Made by a program: the position numbers and the translations under genes. Positions 58,075-62,366 of a stretch of 62,366 bases of DNA are shown one piece after another. Numbering within the stretch: the first letter of the stretch is position 1; each line of letters begins with the position of its first letter. The notes beneath the pieces were generated by a model. The model made no database searches. It was not told where the DNA came from and saw nothing but the letters and a program-made list of their open reading frames with translations. The stretch is from contig JABMOV010000105.1 in NCBI GenBank assembly GCA_013203145.1, forward strand, positions 1 to 62,366. Direction: 5' to 3'. The DNA is from Fidelibacterota bacterium. GTDB taxonomy: Bacteria > Fidelibacterota > Marinisomatia > Marinisomatales > JABMOV01.

Positions 58075-59055
58075 ATGATAAAGGAAAATACTGTGTTCAT
58101 TTTAGGAGCAGGGGCAAGTAAAGCCTTTGGCTATCCTACCGGAAGGGAGCTTACAAACTATATTAAAACAAAATTCATTGGGGACTTTGAAAGGAGTTTT
58201 GGTAAAGTTACTCAACCGGGTTCAGCACAGGAGGAAAAAATTGATGAAGCAAAAATATTTGTTGATGCCTTTATACAAAGTGGCGGCGGAACTTCAATAG
58301 ATTATTTTCTCTCGAGAGCCAGAAATCATGGCCAAAGACGAATAATTCAAAACTATGGGCGACTTGCTATTGCATTTAATATTATACAACGTGAAATAGT
58401 TCACAGTAAAAACCAGATTGATATTGAAAATGATAATGATGATAATTGGCTTGATTATTTTTATGAACATTATTTTCTTTCCGGTCAATTAGAAATAGAT
58501 CCCGAAGAAATATCTCAAGTGCCGATTAGTATTATTACATTCAATTATGATAGATCTCTTGAGTATTTACTTTATAGTCGTCTAAAGCAAATTGTAAATA
58601 ATAATGATGAGGATATAGTAATGAAAATCCTTAATAAAATTCCAATTATACATATTCATGGTATTATTGCTCATCTTCCCTGGCAAGTGATGACAAAGGA
58701 AGTGAAAAATCGAATTCAATATGGAGCATTGAAATTGCATACTGCAGATATATTAAAGCAGAACATTAAAATTGTACATGAAAAATCAAATACTGATATT
58801 ATTAGGGAAGCGAAATCTAAAATTAAGAGGGCTGATAAAATCTACTTTTTAGGGTTTGGATATGATACAAACAATCTGGAGAAAATTGGAATCCCCAAAT
58901 TGTTACATGAAGGACAACAAATATATGGTACTGGTCGCACCACTAATCGAATTCTTCATGAGACATCACAATCTCTCCTAAACAATGGACTTGAGGAAGA
59001 AGATATCATACTTGAAAACAAAGGCATTACACAGCTTCTTACTGATTACCCCTAA
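58075..59055 (+). CDS. SIR2-like (SIR2_2-type) domain protein, putative NADase effector
   Basis: 326 aa with a GGAGG SD. Ordered motifs are 'VFILGAGASKAFGYPTGRELT' (residues 7-27), 'ITFNYDRSLEYLL' (154-166), 'IIHIHG' (191-196) and 'IYFLGFGYDTNNL'. Confidence 0.6.
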   Translation: MIKENTVFILGAGASKAFGYPTGRELTNYIKTKFIGDFERSFGKVTQPGSAQEEKIDEAKIFVDAFIQSGGGTSIDYFLSRARNHGQRRIIQNYGRLAIAFNIIQREIVHSKNQIDIENDNDDNWLDYFYEHYFLSGQLEIDPEEISQVPISIITFNYDRSLEYLLYSRLKQIVNNNDEDIVMKILNKIPIIHIHGIIAHLPWQVMTKEVKNRIQYGALKLHTADILKQNIKIVHEKSNTDIIREAKSKIKRADKIYFLGFGYDTNNLEKIGIPKLLHEGQQIYGTGRTTNRILHETSQSLLNNGLEEEDIILENKGITQLLTDYP

Positions 59056-59202
59056 ATAACGGATTAGGCCGCCAATCATGATGACATACCCAACCACCGA
59101 AGAATAGCCCACTTTTTTCGTTTTTTATAATCTCATTTAAACTGATCACCAATAAGTTTGGAACTTTTACATTATGATAACATACATAAATCTTTATTAA
59201 TG

Positions 59203-59216
59203 ACTGACCGGTCAGT
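59203..59216. promoter_or_regulatory. putative TetR operator: perfect 14-bp palindrome
   Basis: ACTGACCGGTCAGT lies 30 nt upstream of the TetR start. It is nested in the outer inverted repeat AATGACT (59198-59204) / AGTCATT (59229-59235). Confidence 0.5.
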
Positions 59217-59245
59217 AACCTACTGGCTAGTCATTTGAGGAAAAT

Positions 59246-59854
59246 ATGTCTATCATAGAACGTAAAGAACGGGAAAAAGAAAAACGGCGTGTGTCCATAC
59301 TGCGTGCAGCAGAAACATTGTTTGCGCAGAATGGATTGCATCAAACCAATCTGGAAGATGTGGCCACTGCAGCAGAAATCAGCAAGGGCACCATATACTT
59401 GTATTTTAAAAGCAAACAGGATTTGTTTTTTTCCGTAATTGAAAATAAATATCAAGATTATATCGTTGGATTAGAAAAGGAATTAGACAAAGCCACTTCT
59501 TTAGAAGAAGCCATTCGGTTTCTGGTAAAATACCAATTGATGCATTCTCAAAATCACCACCATTTCTTTCGCATTATGATGTCAGAGCAATCGAAAGAAA
59601 GGGATGCTGCCCACAGTGAGCTTCAGCGCGGGTTCGTGCATAAATCACGACTTGTTTTAGAATCGGTAACAACAATCTTTGATCGCTTCATACCAAGTGA
59701 TTCAACTTCTTTTTCATCAGATACATTGGCATTAAGTATCACCGGAACAATCAACGCCCATGTTATGTCCTGGCTTATTTCAGGAAAAAGCAGTGACCTG
59801 GATCAGGCCGAAAAAGAAATAAATTATCTCATTATTAATGGTATCAGGAATTAG
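59246..59854 (+). CDS. TetR/AcrR family transcriptional regulator
   Basis: N-terminal HTH 'ILRAAETLFAQNGLHQTNLEDVATAAEISKGTIYLYFKSKQDLF'. Confidence 0.9.
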   Translation: MSIIERKEREKEKRRVSILRAAETLFAQNGLHQTNLEDVATAAEISKGTIYLYFKSKQDLFFSVIENKYQDYIVGLEKELDKATSLEEAIRFLVKYQLMHSQNHHHFFRIMMSEQSKERDAAHSELQRGFVHKSRLVLESVTTIFDRFIPSDSTSFSSDTLALSITGTINAHVMSWLISGKSSDLDQAEKEINYLIINGIRN

Positions 59855-59862
59855 GACGTACA

Positions 59863-61296
59863 ATGCGAATTACTCTTATTTACTTGTTTATTTTTTCCAT
59901 TGGATGGTCGCAGGCGTCGCTTGAATTATCGTTGCAAGATGCCCTTAGATTATCTGATGAGAATAATCTCACGCTCAAAAAAGCACGTTTAGATTATGAC
60001 GTTTCCGTATCTCAAAAGCAGGAGGCAAAATCTAGCGCATATCCGGTAATCAGCACATTTGCCCAGGGGACGAAAAATCTTTCCATCGCTACTCAACCCA
60101 TATCCTTTCCTGTGCCATTCGGTATCCTAGATGCCACTGGAAACCCGGTTGCTCAAATCGATGCAAATGGTATTCCACTTCCTCTTAGAGATGCTTATGG
60201 AAATGTTGTACCAGGGCAGATGCAAAAGACGGGGATCCAACTCATACCAGTCAACCTAGCATTTGGTCAGGATAACACATTGGTTTATGGATTCAACATA
60301 ACACAACCACTTTTTGATGGAAGAGTTCTGGCAGCTTTACGCAGTGCCGGCACGTATGAAATCATGGCACAGTCCGGGCTCAATTCTCAAAAAAGTCTGA
60401 TTATTGAACAAACTACGTCACAATATTATTCCGCGCTGGTAACCAATCGTGTATTAGCCGTGATGAAAAAATCTCTGGAATTGGCAAACCGACATCTCAA
60501 GGATGCCCAGGCACTTTACGCCATCGGGAATGCAGCCGAACTTTCAGTTATTCAAGCGGAAGTTCGTGTGGCCAATGCAGAAACGCAGGTGAGTCAGGCG
60601 CGAAAAACCAAGGAGCTAACCCAATCCATGTTAAAACGTACCTGTGGACTTCCCATGGATCAGGACATTATTCTTACGGAACAACTCGATGCTCCAGTTG
60701 AGGATATTCCAACCTATAAAGAATTGTCAAAAAAATTACTGGAGAACCAACCCATATTGAGGCAATTGGAAGCCAATCAAAAACTCATGCGTGAAAATAT
60801 TTTGTTAAAAAAAGCAGAGTTTATGCCATCACTGGCTTTGACAGGAAGTTATTCGCAACAGCTTCCCTACAATGATGGGCAATTTAGCGACGGTGTATTT
60901 AGAGAAGCTTCTTCCGTCGGTGTGGCTCTTAGTTTTCCCATTTTCAATGGGTTTGGATCGAAAGCACGATTAGATCAGGCCAAAGCCACGTTCCAGAGCA
61001 GCAAATACACCTATAAGGATACGGAAAACGCTTTGTTAATGGAACTCTCCCAACTTTATTATTCTGCAAAAGAAGCTATTTTGCGAATCAGCGCAGGAGA
61101 TAAGCAAGTCAACTTAGCCCATCGAGGGGCAGAGATTGCTGAATCCTTGTACCAAAAGGGCATGAGTACGGATTTGGAATATCAGGATGCCATCAATGGA
61201 TTACGACAGGCTGAGCTTGGTTTGGCACAGGCTTATTATGAGTATCACACAGCATTGGCGGGAATTCAACGATCCACTGGAATTAACAATTTTTAA
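59863..61296 (+). CDS. TolC-family outer-membrane efflux protein
   Basis: 477 aa with a signal peptide and the two-repeat OEP architecture. Context is TetR and MFP genes. Confidence 0.85.
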   Translation: MRITLIYLFIFSIGWSQASLELSLQDALRLSDENNLTLKKARLDYDVSVSQKQEAKSSAYPVISTFAQGTKNLSIATQPISFPVPFGILDATGNPVAQIDANGIPLPLRDAYGNVVPGQMQKTGIQLIPVNLAFGQDNTLVYGFNITQPLFDGRVLAALRSAGTYEIMAQSGLNSQKSLIIEQTTSQYYSALVTNRVLAVMKKSLELANRHLKDAQALYAIGNAAELSVIQAEVRVANAETQVSQARKTKELTQSMLKRTCGLPMDQDIILTEQLDAPVEDIPTYKELSKKLLENQPILRQLEANQKLMRENILLKKAEFMPSLALTGSYSQQLPYNDGQFSDGVFREASSVGVALSFPIFNGFGSKARLDQAKATFQSSKYTYKDTENALLMELSQLYYSAKEAILRISAGDKQVNLAHRGAEIAESLYQKGMSTDLEYQDAINGLRQAELGLAQAYYEYHTALAGIQRSTGINNF

Positions 61297-61308
61297 ACAG
61301 GAAACATT

Positions 61309-62352
61309 ATGAAAAAACTCTTTATACCAATCATCTTCTTATTTGCAATCGGATGTCAATCCGATAATAAACCTGCTGAATCAGAGAGCACAAAAGATGC
61401 TCCAGCGATTCCAGTACGGATAGCCACATTGGAATATTCTGAATTTCGTGAAAACATTAATGTTATCGGGAAAACAGAAACTGTTCGACGTGGGAATATC
61501 ATTTTTGAAGTTCCGGGCAAAGTGAACCAGATAAATGTGGAAGAAAACGATAAAGTTTCTGCCGGAACTGTGTTAGCGCAACTAGATGATGAACAATATC
61601 AGGCTGGATTCACACTTGCAAAATCAGCCGTTGTAAAAGCTCGTTTAGATTTTGAAAATGCACAAACACTATTCGAAACAAATGTCATTTCAAGAGAGCA
61701 ATACGATATGGCACAAATTGGTTTAAACAATGCTGAAGCGGGATTCATTCAAGCCCGAAAAGCGATGGAGAACACGGCCATTAAAGCACCCTTCGACGGG
61801 ACAATTATTGACAAAAATTTGGAAATTGGCGATGTTGTTGCTCCCGTAGCTGGTTTGGCACCACCGTTTGCAATTGCTGATATGTCAGAAGTGAAAATTA
61901 TTGTATCTGTACCAGAATCCAGGATTGGGTTTCTTCATGAAGGACAATTAGCTGAAGTACATATAAAATCCTTGCCCAACAAAATATTTAATGGGAAAGT
62001 GCATCGCGTGGGTCTGGCGACACAACGACTGACAAATTCTTTTGAAGTTGAAATTCGTCTGGAAAATACCGATGGTCTTTTAAAACTGGGAATGGTCGCA
62101 GATATTACGATCATTGTAAATCAATGGGATGAAGCATTGGTAATACCTATATCCGTCATACACCAAGATAAAACCGGACCATATTTATATGCTGCAAAAG
62201 AAGGGAAAGCAGAATTACGTCGTATCGAAATATTAAGCCTAAATGGTATCAATGCCCGAATCAGTGGTGAAATTGCCAAGGGCGATATCCTGATCACTCA
62301 TGGACATCACGATGTGAGAAATGGCTCCAGACTCTCGGTTGTGGGAGGTTAA
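61309..62352 (+). CDS. efflux RND transporter periplasmic adaptor (MFP/HlyD family)
   Basis: Lipoprotein signal 'IIFLFAIGC', a coiled-coil hairpin region, and 'IKAPFDGTI'. Confidence 0.88.
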   Translation: MKKLFIPIIFLFAIGCQSDNKPAESESTKDAPAIPVRIATLEYSEFRENINVIGKTETVRRGNIIFEVPGKVNQINVEENDKVSAGTVLAQLDDEQYQAGFTLAKSAVVKARLDFENAQTLFETNVISREQYDMAQIGLNNAEAGFIQARKAMENTAIKAPFDGTIIDKNLEIGDVVAPVAGLAPPFAIADMSEVKIIVSVPESRIGFLHEGQLAEVHIKSLPNKIFNGKVHRVGLATQRLTNSFEVEIRLENTDGLLKLGMVADITIIVNQWDEALVIPISVIHQDKTGPYLYAAKEGKAELRRIEILSLNGINARISGEIAKGDILITHGHHDVRNGSRLSVVGG

Positions 62353-62357
62353 GATAA

Positions 62358-62366
62358 ATGAAATTA
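62358..62366 (+). CDS. first 3 codons (MKL) of a downstream gene, presumably the efflux permease (truncated by window end)
   Basis: ATG at 62358 lies 5 nt after the MFP stop. Only 9 nt are visible, so the call rests on operon logic alone. Confidence 0.25.

Noticed and set aside
55312-59055. The cassette as a queuosine/preQ0 biosynthesis or Dpd-type 7-deazaguanine DNA-modification locus.
   Set aside because: There are no queD, queE, queF, folE, tgt or dpdA-like genes nearby. The QueC-like protein is ~2.5x housekeeping length with extra modules, and its neighbour is SIR2-like. A defence-type reading fits better, but it remains untested.
37617-59245. A scan of all accessory stretches for an integrase, transposase, recombinase, toxin-antitoxin pair or restriction-modification genes that would explain the mosaic structure.
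   Set aside because: No ORF of 60 aa or more shows the motifs I would expect: tyrosine recombinase R..H..R..Y, a DDE transposase, a methyltransferase DPPY or FxGxG, and so on. Mobility is therefore inferred only from composition, repeats and the gene-fragment scar.

Overview
This is a 62.4-kb AT-rich bacterial chromosomal window. Gene content (GldG-like/DUF4340, DUF5916-like and SPOR proteins) suggests an FCB-superphylum-like Gram-negative, but the taxon cannot be set from sequence alone.

Positions 1-37,600 are conserved core. They hold sugar-phosphate and isoprenoid genes, the yceD-rpmF-plsX-fabH-fabD-fabG-acpP-fabF-rnc block, ndk, sucCD, arcC, pruA, dusB and rpmB. A complete minus-strand dcw cluster runs mraZ-rsmH-ftsL-ftsI-murE-murF-mraY-murD-ftsW-murG-murC-ftsQ-ftsA-ftsZ.

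The right ~25 kb is mosaic:
- a very AT-rich islet of small orphan membrane proteins abutting mraZ (37.9-40.5 kb)
- housekeeping-like genes (rodZ-like, rhodaneses, kdsD, a gldA/F/G-like ABC system, a ROK kinase)
- nested-palindrome intergenic repeats
- a receiver-MBL protein and a DUF5916-like outer-membrane protein
- a TetR/TolC/MFP efflux operon at the right edge

The most interesting locus is an AT-rich three-gene cassette at 55,312-59,055. It encodes a small unknown protein, translationally coupled to a 623-aa QueC-like PP-loop protein, followed by a SIR2-like protein. I interpret it as a candidate undescribed Qat-related anti-phage system with a SIR2 effector. A decayed 69-nt copy of the 3' end of the gene at 49,494-50,381 lies just upstream. 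So does a 20-nt exact repeat shared with the 39.8-kb islet.

I recognised no rRNA, tRNA, CRISPR array, integrase or transposase. All functional calls rest on motifs read by eye from the ORF track; no database search was possible.
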